Assembly (NCBI GenBank): GCA_050950825.1
Contig: JBMNIH010000006.1
Location: 192,001 to 256,000, forward strand
Direction: 5' to 3'
Length of the DNA: 64,000 bases
Source of the DNA: Clostridia bacterium
GTDB taxonomy: Bacteria; Bacillota; Clostridia; JAAYHZ01
The notes under the pieces were generated by a model. That model ran no database searches. It was not told where the DNA came from and worked only from the letters and a program-made list of their open reading frames with translations. This document shows, in pieces, positions 9,229 through 18,683 of this stretch. The translations under genes were made by a program, and so were the position numbers. Numbering within the stretch: position 1 is the stretch's first letter; every line of letters starts with the position of its first letter.

Positions 9229-10044
9229 TTAAGCGTGCAGGTTTCTCAGTCTCAGCGTGTATTCCACTTTCGATGCAATCATGGAGATGGCTTCGGCGTT
9301 TTTTATGCGCCCGGTGAAACCTTTCCCAAAGACCTTCGCCTTGCCTTCGGGACTTCCTCTCTCCCATGAAATCGTAAAGGCATGTCGTATTGCACGCTCC
9401 ACATTCATTTTGGATGTGAAGTATTTAAAAGCAATGGCGGGATATATGGCTTTGGTAATCGCCATAATGGAATCCGGTTCCACCAACACCATGAAGACCG
9501 CGTCTTTTATGTAGTGAAAGCCTTTGACGCTGGACGGTATGCCGATTTGATACAACGCTTTCATGATTTCGTATTCTATTTGGCTGTCGTTTTCGGATTT
9601 TCGAAAGATGTAGTGGACGGGTTTTTTGACCTTTTGAACGGAGTTCGAATCTTTTTCGCCGTTCGAATAGGGCTTGCATCGAGTTAAAAGCTTCATACGT
9701 CCGTACAAATCTTCCGGAAGGAAGGGTTTGACCATCACGTATTTTGCTCCCTGATTGATCGCCTCATCGGATAATTTTGAGTTCGTTCCGTCGTTCACGG
9801 CAATAAAGGAAGGCGCATTCTCTTTCCAATGGTAATCCGAAAGCACCTCAATGCCGTTTACTTCCGGCAGGACCAAGTCTATAATCACCAAATCGGGATT
9901 CAAGGCATCGATCATATTGCACAATTCTTGCCGGTCTTCCGCTTTTCCGACTAAAGAAACATCTCCTTTGTTCTTAAAAAAGCTGAAAAGGGTTTGGGTC
10001 GTTTCTTCGTCAACAGCCGTAATAATACTTAACGGTTTATTCAT
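9229..10044 (-). CDS. Divergent Spo0A-like response regulator (receiver + Spo0A_C domain)
   Basis: Receiver PDLVIIDLVLP...KPF; C-domain IGIPSSVKGFHYIKDAV...ITKAIYPAIA...VERAIRHA...WERG. Confidence 0.88.
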   Translation of the reverse strand: MNKPLSIITAVDEETTQTLFSFFKNKGDVSLVGKAEDRQELCNMIDALNPDLVIIDLVLPEVNGIEVLSDYHWKENAPSFIAVNDGTNSKLSDEAINQGAKYVMVKPFLPEDLYGRMKLLTRCKPYSNGEKDSNSVQKVKKPVHYIFRKSENDSQIEYEIMKALYQIGIPSSVKGFHYIKDAVFMVLVEPDSIMAITKAIYPAIAFKYFTSKMNVERAIRHAFTISWERGSPEGKAKVFGKGFTGRIKNAEAISMIASKVEYTLRLRNLHA

Positions 10045-10164
10045 TTTTTCCGCTCCTTCAACTTGTCTTTTGTTCCTTGGGTTGTTCGATTTTTAAACAA
10101 CCCTTTTTCCGTGTACGTACGAAGCGCTTCCATTCACACTTTTCGATTAATCGAATCGTTTCCT

Positions 10165-10237
10165 ATTATACCGGTATTTCGTCAATATTCAACTAATTTT
10201 GGTCAATTTATTTTGACTTTTTTCGGATTATGTCGAA
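10165..10237 (-). promoter_or_regulatory. Promoter region of the spo0A-like gene with two consensus 0A boxes
   Basis: TGTCGAA at 10231-10237 (+) and TGACGAA at 10178-10184 (-); TTGAAT-16-TATAAT on the minus strand. Confidence 0.55.
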
Positions 10238-10291
10238 TTAAATCCTTTTTTTCGTGTATTCTTTATGTTGCAATGCGGAAAAGCGTATAAA

Positions 10292-10322
10292 AAAAAGGAA
10301 TGCAGTGCATTCCCTATTTTTC
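10292..10322 (-). terminator. Terminator after topoisomerase subunit A
   Basis: GGAATGCA-gt-GCATTCC-type hairpin with a T-run on the minus strand. Confidence 0.6.
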
Positions 10323-12524
10323 TTTTCCTTTTTCGGCCGGGTCCGGCTCAAACAATTTCATCTGCCGGTCTTCTCTGTCTTCTTCTTTTAAAAACTTGCC
10401 GGTTGCCGGCAGACCTTTTGTTCGATAGTAATCGAGGTCTTGGATACCGGACTCTTCGACGGTACAGACCCTTTTTACCGTATCGCCTTTCCGCAAGCGC
10501 ATGACTTGTACGCCCATGGTCTGCCTTGTGGACTTCAGACCGACTTTATCCGTGTGGAACAAAAGTACCTTGTTAATTTCACTGAACAGCGCAAACTCCG
10601 TGTCTTCTTGCAAGTGGAAGATGGCAACCACAGGGGTTTTGTCATAATAGGCGCCGGTCAGCTTTTTACGATTGGTTTTGGTGGCGTATGCCTGCATTTC
10701 CACCTTCGCCACTTTTCCGTTTTCATAAATAATCACAAGGAATCCGCTGTAGTCCTCCGTAGCGGCAACGGTAAGAATTTTCTCGTTCTCTTCCGTTTCC
10801 AGAAGCCCGGGTAAATAGGAGCCTAACTCCGAAGCCTTGTTGTCATCCAGCTCGTGAGCCTTCAATTTATACACCTTGCATTTGTCGGAAAACAAAAGGA
10901 TGTCCGTTTTGTTTGAAGTTTCCACGGTTTGGATGATACGGTCCTTTTCCTTTAATTTATGCTCAGGATTGGTGCGAAGGGATGTTAACGGGATCTTCTT
11001 CATGTAGCCTTCTTGCGTTAAGAATAATTTTAAATTGTAATCTTCGATGAAGATATCCTCCGTTACTTCCTCCTGCTCTTCTTCCTCTACGATGGTTGTT
11101 TTTCTCGGTTGACCGTATTTTTTGGCGATTCCTTTTAATTGCGAAATGATGATGTTATCCAATTTTTTCTTGCTGCCTAATGTTTCTTCGATATCCTGCA
11201 AGCCTTTTTTCAAGCTTTCGATCTCTTGAATTCTCTGGATAATGTATTCTTTGTTTAAGTTTTTCAAGCGAATCTCCGCAATATATTCCGCTTGGATTTT
11301 ATCGATATCGAAGCCTTTCATTAAGTTGGGTATGACATCGGCGTCTTTTTCCGTATTTCGTATAATGGCAATAGCCTTATCGATATCCACCAAAATTTTT
11401 TGCAAACCCAAAAGCAAGTGGAGCTTTTCCTTCATACGGTCGGCATCGAAGGTCAATTGGCGGCGGATGCATTCTCTACGAAAAGCAAGCCATTCTTCTA
11501 AAATCCCCTTAATGCCCAACAATTCCGGAGTACTTCCCAAAATCATGGTGAAATTGCAGCTAAAAACGTCCTCCAAGGGAGTGGTTTTAAACAGCTTGGT
11601 CATCAACAATTCGTAATCCGTATTTCTTTTAACTTCCAACGTGATTTTCAAACCGCTTAAATCCGTTTCGTCTCGAACATCCGAAATTTCTCGAATTTTT
11701 CCGTCCTTTACCAAAGCCGTAACGGCATCGATAACGGCTTCCGCGGTGGTGGTATAGGGAATTTCGTAGATTTCAATCATGCTGTTCTTTTTATCCACGC
11801 GGTACTTGGCCCGTATCCGAAATCCCCCTTGCCCCGTTTCGTATATTTTCTCCAACTGCTTTCGGTTGTAAATCAGCTCTCCCCCGGTGGAAAAGTCGGG
11901 GGCAATCAAAAAGTCCGCAATATTCACTTTGGGGTTTTTCATGTATTCGATGGTAGCGTTGCATACCTCTCTTAAGTTAAAGCTGCAGAACTTGCTGGCC
12001 ATCCCTACGGCAATGCCTTGGCTTGCGTTAACCAAAATATTCGGGTAAGCGGTTGGCAGCAGAACCGGTTCCTTCAAGGTTCCGTCGTAGTTGTCGACAA
12101 AATCCACCGTATCCTTATCGATGTCCCTGAATAGTTCTTCGCATATGCTTTCCAGCTTGACTTCCGTGTATCGAGCGGCGGCAAAGGCCATATCTCTTGA
12201 GTAGACTTTCCCCATGTTCCCCTTGGAATCGATGTAAGGATGAAGCAAGGATTCGTTTCCTCGGGTCATACGCACCATCGTTTCATAGATGGCCATATCT
12301 CCGTGGGGATGAAGCTTCATGGTCTGCCCTACCACATTGGCGGATTTCGTTCGAGCTCCCTTTAAAAGTCCCAATTTGTACATGGTGTAAAGGATCTTTC
12401 TTTGGGAAGGCTTCAGTCCGTCGATTTCCGGCAGCGCTCTGGAAATGATGACGCTCATGGCGTAAGGCATATAGTTGGTTTCCAGAGTATCGTGTATATA
12501 TTGTGTTCTCATGTTTTTATCCAT
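10314..12524 (-). CDS. parC: Type IIA DNA topoisomerase subunit A (ParC/GyrA family; topo IV-like)
   Basis: SRALPEIDGLKPSQR, HPHGD, AAARYTE catalytic Tyr; no recognisable GyrA-box in the CTD. Confidence 0.8.
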   Translation of the reverse strand: MDKNMRTQYIHDTLETNYMPYAMSVIISRALPEIDGLKPSQRKILYTMYKLGLLKGARTKSANVVGQTMKLHPHGDMAIYETMVRMTRGNESLLHPYIDSKGNMGKVYSRDMAFAAARYTEVKLESICEELFRDIDKDTVDFVDNYDGTLKEPVLLPTAYPNILVNASQGIAVGMASKFCSFNLREVCNATIEYMKNPKVNIADFLIAPDFSTGGELIYNRKQLEKIYETGQGGFRIRAKYRVDKKNSMIEIYEIPYTTTAEAVIDAVTALVKDGKIREISDVRDETDLSGLKITLEVKRNTDYELLMTKLFKTTPLEDVFSCNFTMILGSTPELLGIKGILEEWLAFRRECIRRQLTFDADRMKEKLHLLLGLQKILVDIDKAIAIIRNTEKDADVIPNLMKGFDIDKIQAEYIAEIRLKNLNKEYIIQRIQEIESLKKGLQDIEETLGSKKKLDNIIISQLKGIAKKYGQPRKTTIVEEEEQEEVTEDIFIEDYNLKLFLTQEGYMKKIPLTSLRTNPEHKLKEKDRIIQTVETSNKTDILLFSDKCKVYKLKAHELDDNKASELGSYLPGLLETEENEKILTVAATEDYSGFLVIIYENGKVAKVEMQAYATKTNRKKLTGAYYDKTPVVAIFHLQEDTEFALFSEINKVLLFHTDKVGLKSTRQTMGVQVMRLRKGDTVKRVCTVEESGIQDLDYYRTKGLPATGKFLKEEDREDRQMKLFEPDPAEKGKEK

Positions 12525-12549
12525 AGGGTTCCTCCTTTATTCGCATCCT

Positions 12550-14526
12550 TTAGCTGATATCCGCCAAATCAACATACTTCCTGCCGTGGTCGCGAATAAA
12601 TTTCTTTCTTTCGTTCAAGTTTTCACCTAACAAAATATCAAACATTCTTTCCGTCAAATCCATATCCGATTGGTCGATGCGAATCAAACGTCGGGTTTCC
12701 GGGTTCATCGTGGTCTCCCACATCATTTCCGGTTCGTTCTCTCCTAACCCCTTCGAACGCTGGATGGTGCATTTTCCTTTTAATTTGGCTAAAATCGCGG
12801 CCTTCTCCCCTTCGTCGTAGGCAAAATAGGTTTTCTTGTCGGAGGAGGTAATCTCGTACAAAGGCGTTTCCGCAATAAACACCTTGCCGTTTTTAATAAG
12901 AGAAGGAACCAGACGGTACAGCATGGTAAGAATAAGGGTTCGTATTTGGTATCCGTCCACGTCGGCATCCGTACAAATAATGATTTTGTTCCAGCGTAGC
13001 TTGTCCATATCGAAGCTTTGCAGATCCTTGGCCTTGCTTGATTGGATTTCCACGCCGCAGCCTAATACCTTGATCAAATCCACGATGACATCGTTTTTCA
13101 AAATGGTATTGATATCGCTTTTCAAACAGTTTAAAATTTTACCTCTTACGGGCATAATGGCTTGGAATTCCGCGTTGCGCCCTAATTTGCAGGAGCCTAA
13201 GGCCGAATCACCCTCCACGATATACAATTCTCTTTTTTCCACGTCCTTCGTTCTGCAGTCCACAAACTTTTTAACGCGGTTATTAATATCGATTCCCCCG
13301 GAAAGCTTTTTACGTATATTGATTCGGGTGCTTTCGGCGGTTTCACGGCTTCTTTTGTTTACCAATACTTGGTTTAATACTTTTTCCGCATCTTCCGCAT
13401 TTTCGATTAAGAAAATCTCCAGTTTCTCCTTTAAAAAGTCGGTCAGCGCTTTTTGAATGAAGGCATTGGTAATGGCCTTTTTCGTCTGGTTCTCGTAGCT
13501 TGTAATGGTGGAAAAAGAACTCAAAACCAATACCAAACAATCTTGGACGTCTACGTAGGTAATTTTCGATTCGTTTTTGTTATACATATTCTTCTGCTTT
13601 AAAAATTGGTCGAGTACGCTGACGAAAGCGCTTCGCACCGCCTTGTCCGGCGCTCCTCCGTATTCCAAGAAGCTGGAGTTGTGGTAGTATTCGATGACGC
13701 TGCCGGCATTGCTGAAGCAAAAGCACACCTCCGCTTTCACTCGATATTCCGGCTTGTCCTTACGATCTCTTCCGGAGGTGGACATGGTATAGTAATAGGA
13801 GTCGGTAAAGGCTTTGTCCTCCGAAAGCTCCTTTACATAGTCCTTGATACCGTCTTCGTATAAAAACTCCATGGTTTGGTCGGACTCTTCGTCATAGAAT
13901 AGGAACTTTAAGCCCTTGTTGACAACGGCTTGTTTTTTTAATACGTCCACGTAAAACTCTACGGGAATATCGATTTCGGTGAATACTTCCAAGTCCGGAC
14001 GCCATTTGATGGTGGTTCCCGTTATATTCTCTTTTATGGAAACGGTTTTTAAGCCCCCGATGTTGTATCCTTTCTCAAAATGGAGGTTGTGCTTTTTATT
14101 GTTCCGATAAACCTCCACGTCCATGTATTCCGCACTGTACTGGGTGGCACAGCATCCTAAGCCGTTTAAACCTAAGCTGAATTGATAAAAGTCTCCCTTG
14201 TTGTTGTCGTACTTTCCTCCTGCGTACAGTTCGCAGTAAATCAATTCCCAATTGTAGCGGCCTTCTTTTTCGTTGAACTCTACCGGGGTTCCTCGGCCGT
14301 AGTCCTTGACCATGATGGATTTGTCTTTAAACCGGGTAACTTCGATTACATTTCCGTATCCTTCTCTCGCCTCATCGATCGAATTGGACAGTATTTCAAA
14401 AAAGCTTTGCTTACACCCGTCCAACCCGTCCGAGCCGAATATGACCGCGGGACGCAGCCTTACACGATCCGGTCCTTTCAAAGCCCTTATGCTGTCGTCA
14501 TCGTATGTTGTTTTTGCTTTTGACAT
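12550..14526 (-). CDS. parE: Type IIA DNA topoisomerase subunit B (ParE/GyrB family)
   Basis: EILSNSIDE, DYGRGTP, GLNGLG, VEGDSA, PVRGKILN, TDADVDG, KGLGE. Confidence 0.8.
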   Translation of the reverse strand: MSKAKTTYDDDSIRALKGPDRVRLRPAVIFGSDGLDGCKQSFFEILSNSIDEAREGYGNVIEVTRFKDKSIMVKDYGRGTPVEFNEKEGRYNWELIYCELYAGGKYDNNKGDFYQFSLGLNGLGCCATQYSAEYMDVEVYRNNKKHNLHFEKGYNIGGLKTVSIKENITGTTIKWRPDLEVFTEIDIPVEFYVDVLKKQAVVNKGLKFLFYDEESDQTMEFLYEDGIKDYVKELSEDKAFTDSYYYTMSTSGRDRKDKPEYRVKAEVCFCFSNAGSVIEYYHNSSFLEYGGAPDKAVRSAFVSVLDQFLKQKNMYNKNESKITYVDVQDCLVLVLSSFSTITSYENQTKKAITNAFIQKALTDFLKEKLEIFLIENAEDAEKVLNQVLVNKRSRETAESTRINIRKKLSGGIDINNRVKKFVDCRTKDVEKRELYIVEGDSALGSCKLGRNAEFQAIMPVRGKILNCLKSDINTILKNDVIVDLIKVLGCGVEIQSSKAKDLQSFDMDKLRWNKIIICTDADVDGYQIRTLILTMLYRLVPSLIKNGKVFIAETPLYEITSSDKKTYFAYDEGEKAAILAKLKGKCTIQRSKGLGENEPEMMWETTMNPETRRLIRIDQSDMDLTERMFDILLGENLNERKKFIRDHGRKYVDLADIS

Positions 14527-14636
14527 ACTGTCCCTCCAAATTCCATATTTCTTTTCTTTATCCTGTTGTTTTCTCGATTTTTCGATTGACGATTAAAATT
14601 GCATGCAAAATAAAAAGAATCAAATTTCTTATTAAA

Positions 14637-14652
14637 ATACAAGATATAGTGG
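14637..14652. promoter_or_regulatory. Possible NrdR box in the topoisomerase operon leader
   Basis: ATACAAGATATAGTGG resembles acaCwAtATaTwGtgt; lies downstream of a minus-strand TTGACT-18-TATAAT promoter (14679-14708). Confidence 0.4.
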
Positions 14653-14856
14653 CTTTTTTCACCTAACCTATACAGTTTATTATAATATCATTTTGAAAAT
14701 AAAGTCAAATGATTTGTGAAAACCTGCTATATCAAAGCTTTTCGCCGCTTTTTTGATTCATTTCGTGTCTGCTTTTCGTTTCATGAAAATGTCACGCATA
14801 TGTATAAAAAATCAGTAAAACATAAAATACAGAGATAAATATTTAGGAGGACATGT

Positions 14857-15474
14857 ATGAAATATAGAATACGAATTATGATTGCGGTGGCATTGCTCAT
14901 CGTGATGATCCCCGTAGCGGCATATGCCCAGACAACCAAATATACGGTTGTAAAGGGAGATTCTCTGTGGAAGATCGCCGTTAAATTCCAAGTGGGTTTA
15001 TCCGAAATCATATCCGCCAATCCCCAATTTAAAAACCCGAACTTAATTTACCCCGGAGACATCGTTTACGTACCTCAACAAACCAAATACACCTCGGAAG
15101 TAAATGAAGTCATACGTTTGGTCAACGTGGAACGCCAGAAAAACGGATTGAAGCCTTTAACCTCCAACTGGGAGCTGTCTCGTGTAGCGCAGTACAAATC
15201 CCAAGATATGGCGAACAAAGGTTACTTTTCTCACCAATCCCCTACCTACGGCTCCCCCTTTGATATGATGCGTAATTTCGGTATTCGCTACTCCTCTGCG
15301 GGAGAAAACATTGCATACGGCTACAGCACACCGGCGCAGGTTATGAACGGTTGGATGAATTCCCCGGGACATAGAGCCAACATCTTGAATGCAAGCTTTA
15401 CCCAAATCGGTGTCGGTATTGCGACCAACAGCAAAGGCACCAAATACTGGACCCAGATGTTCATCAGGCCGTAA
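14857..15474 (+). CDS. SafA/ExsA-type LysM plus CAP (YkwD-like) sporulation protein
   Basis: Signal peptide; YTVVKGDSLWKIA...NPNLIYPG LysM; CAP motifs FSHQSPTYGSPF, GENIAYG, WMNSPGHRANIL. Confidence 0.9.
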   Translation: MKYRIRIMIAVALLIVMIPVAAYAQTTKYTVVKGDSLWKIAVKFQVGLSEIISANPQFKNPNLIYPGDIVYVPQQTKYTSEVNEVIRLVNVERQKNGLKPLTSNWELSRVAQYKSQDMANKGYFSHQSPTYGSPFDMMRNFGIRYSSAGENIAYGYSTPAQVMNGWMNSPGHRANILNASFTQIGVGIATNSKGTKYWTQMFIRP

Positions 15475-15686
15475 GGGAGCGTTCAAAAGAAAAATCGAAC
15501 AAGGGCATTGAATGGCTATTGGCCGGTAAGGCCGGTAGTCTTTTTCATGTAAAATAAAAAATCGGATAATTTTCAAAAACACCTAAAATTTATTGATACA
15601 AAATAGATGTTATGCTACAATACCTATAACCTTATATTATTACTAGGTATCAATTTGTAAACAATTTTTCGATATATATGTGAGAG

Positions 15687-17408
15687 GTGTTCGAAATGAT
15701 CTATAACGGTGTGGAATTGAATGAAGTCCGAAAAATAAGGGATTTAAAAGACATGTTAAACTCCAGTGCCGCCATATACGGTGAAAAAGCCGCCTTTTTG
15801 GTGAAAAAGCAAGGCAACGGAAGCTACATACCCGTTTCCTATAACCAATTCAAGAACGATACGGATGCTTTCGGGACGGCTTTAATCGATCTGGGGTTAA
15901 AAGATAAAAGCATCGCTATCATCGGTGAAAACCGATACGAATGGTGTGTGTCCTATTTAAGCGTTGTAAACGGAACCGGGCTTGTGGTGCCCATTGACAA
16001 GGAGCTGCCCTCTAACGAGATATTCAGCTTGTTGGAAAGAGCCGAAGTATCCGCCATTATTTATTCCGATCGTAAGAAAGAGACGGTGGAAAAGGCGTTG
16101 GAAGCACTCGGCAGACCCATTATCGTCATTAATATGGATGCCAAAGAGGATACGGAAAAATACTTGTCCATGTCCGTGTTAATGGAAAAAGGACGAAAAC
16201 TCCTTCAGGAAGGCGATAAGCGATTCGTCGAAGCGGAAATCGATCCGGAAAAGGTTTTGATTCTTCTGTACACCTCCGCTACCACATCGAAATCAAAGGC
16301 CGTTATGCTGACTCATAAAAATATTTGCTCCAATCTGGAAGCGATGTGCCAAATGACCTATATCGGACCCGAGGATATCTTTCTTTCCGTTCTTCCCATA
16401 CACCATGCCTACGAATGTACATGCGGTTTCTTATGCCCTATCTACAGAGGGTGTACCATTGCCATATGCGAAGGCTTGCGCCATATCACAAAAAATCTTC
16501 AAGAGTCGAAAGCGACCATGATGCTGGCGGTTCCCTTGATTCTTGAAACCATGTATAAGAGAGTTTGGGATACCGCTCGTAAAAACGGCATGGACAAAAA
16601 GCTGAAAACGGCGCTAAAGATCAGCAAGCTTTTGCTAACTTTTAAAATCGATAAAAGAAGAAAGCTCTTTTCAAAAATACACGACAATTTCGGCGGACAT
16701 ATCCGTTTGTTCATTTCGGGAGCCGCCGCCATCGATCCGGTGGTTTCGAAAGGATTCAGGGATTTCGGTTTCAACATTCTCCAAGGATACGGCTTAACGG
16801 AATGCTCCCCGATTGTCACATTGAACCGTCCTACCCAATTCAACGATTCTTCCGCCGGTGTTCCCCTGCCTAACTTAGACGTTAAAATCGATAATCCGGA
16901 CAGCGACGGTATCGGTGAAATCATCGTAAAAGGTGATAGTGTCATGAAGGGCTATTACAAGGATGAAGAAGCCAATCGCCTTGCCTTTACGGAAGACGGC
17001 TACTTCAAAACCGGGGATTACGCTTACAAAAACGACAAAAATTTTATCTTTATCACGGGACGTAAAAAGAACGTGATCGTAACAAAGAACGGGAAAAACA
17101 TCTTCCCGGAAGAAATCGAAACCCTGTTAGGCAGAAAAGAATACATCAAAGAATCCATGGTATATGCCAAAGAGGCGGGAGACGATTTGATTGTAGCCGC
17201 ATCCATATACCCGAATTACGAAAAAATGCAGGACGAAAACATCGATATTTCCGACGAAGCGGTAGACAAACTCATATCCGAATACATTCGAGAAGTGAAC
17301 CGCGAATTGGCAACATACAAGTTCATAAAGGATTATCATATCCGAAAAGAGGATTTTGTCAAAACAACTACCGGCAAAATCAAAAGATATATGGAAAAAA
17401 CGAAGTAG
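15687..17408 (+). CDS. Long-chain fatty acid--CoA ligase (AMP-binding)
   Basis: YTSATTSKSKAV, QGYGLTECSP, FKTGD, ITGRKKNVIV. Confidence 0.92.
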   Translation: MFEMIYNGVELNEVRKIRDLKDMLNSSAAIYGEKAAFLVKKQGNGSYIPVSYNQFKNDTDAFGTALIDLGLKDKSIAIIGENRYEWCVSYLSVVNGTGLVVPIDKELPSNEIFSLLERAEVSAIIYSDRKKETVEKALEALGRPIIVINMDAKEDTEKYLSMSVLMEKGRKLLQEGDKRFVEAEIDPEKVLILLYTSATTSKSKAVMLTHKNICSNLEAMCQMTYIGPEDIFLSVLPIHHAYECTCGFLCPIYRGCTIAICEGLRHITKNLQESKATMMLAVPLILETMYKRVWDTARKNGMDKKLKTALKISKLLLTFKIDKRRKLFSKIHDNFGGHIRLFISGAAAIDPVVSKGFRDFGFNILQGYGLTECSPIVTLNRPTQFNDSSAGVPLPNLDVKIDNPDSDGIGEIIVKGDSVMKGYYKDEEANRLAFTEDGYFKTGDYAYKNDKNFIFITGRKKNVIVTKNGKNIFPEEIETLLGRKEYIKESMVYAKEAGDDLIVAASIYPNYEKMQDENIDISDEAVDKLISEYIREVNRELATYKFIKDYHIRKEDFVKTTTGKIKRYMEKTK

Positions 17409-17427
17409 ATTTCTATGCATATACGGT

Positions 17428-17468
17428 AAAAAAACAAGCTTTCGGGCATCCCGGAGCTTGTTTTTTTA
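17428..17468 (+). terminator. Intrinsic terminator
   Basis: AAAACAAGCTTTCGGG-cat-CCCGGAGCTTGTTTTTTT. Confidence 0.75.
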
Positions 17469-17607
17469 TGGGAATATTGGAGTCTTACGTACTTTTAAGG
17501 CATCAAAAAACTAAACCCGTTATCGTTATGTCAAAAAACGAGGCTTCGTTTTCTTTTCAAAAACTCCACCTCGTTTACATGAACATAATGAAATAAAGGT
17601 CCGTAAA

Positions 17608-17997
17608 TTACCTTAAGCAAACGGGCAGAGATTTGATATCGTCGTGGCTTTCATAACATTTTCTGCAATTCCCGCGATAGGAGCAAAAGGTACTTTCACA
17701 TGGGCAAAAGTCCTCTATAGACGCAGTAAATCGTTTCACTTGTTCGTTGATATTCGCTAAATGCTGTTCGTCACTAATACCTTCAAGATTATAGCTTTTC
17801 ATAAGCTCACAAGGAACTTCCCTGCATTGACCGCAGTTGTCCAAACCTCTTTGCTTGACACAACAGTCGTAAATCGCACATATTTTCCGATTTGCTTTTT
17901 TGGTTCTGTACGATTTACCGGATATTACATAACACCCCGGGCATTTAGACTTAAAAAACTCACATTTACTGCAAATAATGCCACAAACACTCAACAT
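17608..17997 (-). CDS. DUF3795-like cysteine-rich metal-binding protein
   Basis: MLSVCGIICSKC...CPGC...CAIYDCC...NCGQC...PC, plus a second C-terminal Cys/His cluster. Start placed after GAGGGG RBS. Confidence 0.75.
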   Translation of the reverse strand: MLSVCGIICSKCEFFKSKCPGCYVISGKSYRTKKANRKICAIYDCCVKQRGLDNCGQCREVPCELMKSYNLEGISDEQHLANINEQVKRFTASIEDFCPCESTFCSYRGNCRKCYESHDDIKSLPVCLR

Positions 17998-18110
17998 TCT
18001 ATTATCTTCCCCCTCGCGTTTCATTATTTAATTTCATTATACTTGAAGGTTTTTAAAATTACAATTAAAAACCTTGCCAATATTAACCGGAATAAAAATC
18101 GTCAAACAGG

Positions 18111-18566
18111 TTAATCGTACCATTCTTCTAAGACCATCTTACCGATTGGGGTTATTTTCTTATCGAAAAGATAAAATTTTTCGTCTTTTTGTAAAGAACG
18201 AATATTAGGGCTTAACGAATCCACATAAACGATTTTCTTTTCGTTCAATTCTTCACAAAAAAGCTCCAAAACATCGCCTTCATAAACAAAAACCCCTACC
18301 TTTCCGGTTGCAAAACTTCCTATGTTTTCGCCGTTTCGAAGCAAATGAACGGAAGGGTCGCCAAGTTCCATGGAAAATACAACGGATCCTTCTTTGTAAA
18401 GCTTCATCCCGTCTAAAACCTGCATTCCGATTTCATTCCGAAGATAACCTTGTCCCTTGTAGCTTTTTAGCAAAGCTTGCGAACCGATGGTCGCCAAAGA
18501 AAAGAAAACAAGGAGTATGGAAAACAGAAGCTTATAAAACGGGTGAAGCTCATTACCCGTAAACAT
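18111..18566 (-). CDS. Hypothetical membrane-anchored protein
   Basis: N-terminal hydrophobic helix; GAGGTGA RBS. Confidence 0.65.
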   Translation of the reverse strand: MFTGNELHPFYKLLFSILLVFFSLATIGSQALLKSYKGQGYLRNEIGMQVLDGMKLYKEGSVVFSMELGDPSVHLLRNGENIGSFATGKVGVFVYEGDVLELFCEELNEKKIVYVDSLSPNIRSLQKDEKFYLFDKKITPIGKMVLEEWYD

Positions 18567-18683
18567 AACCCATCACCTCTTAAAGAAGTATTGCCCTTCT
18601 TCCGTTTTCTAGAACCGAAAGATAAATCAAGTTGACATATTTTTTATTCTCCCGGCATAAGTATTGTAAAAAAGAGGTCGACT

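Noticed and set aside
9229-10044. Calling this gene the canonical spo0A
   Set aside because: It is too divergent in normally invariant motifs and lacks spoIVB synteny, so no gene symbol was assigned.
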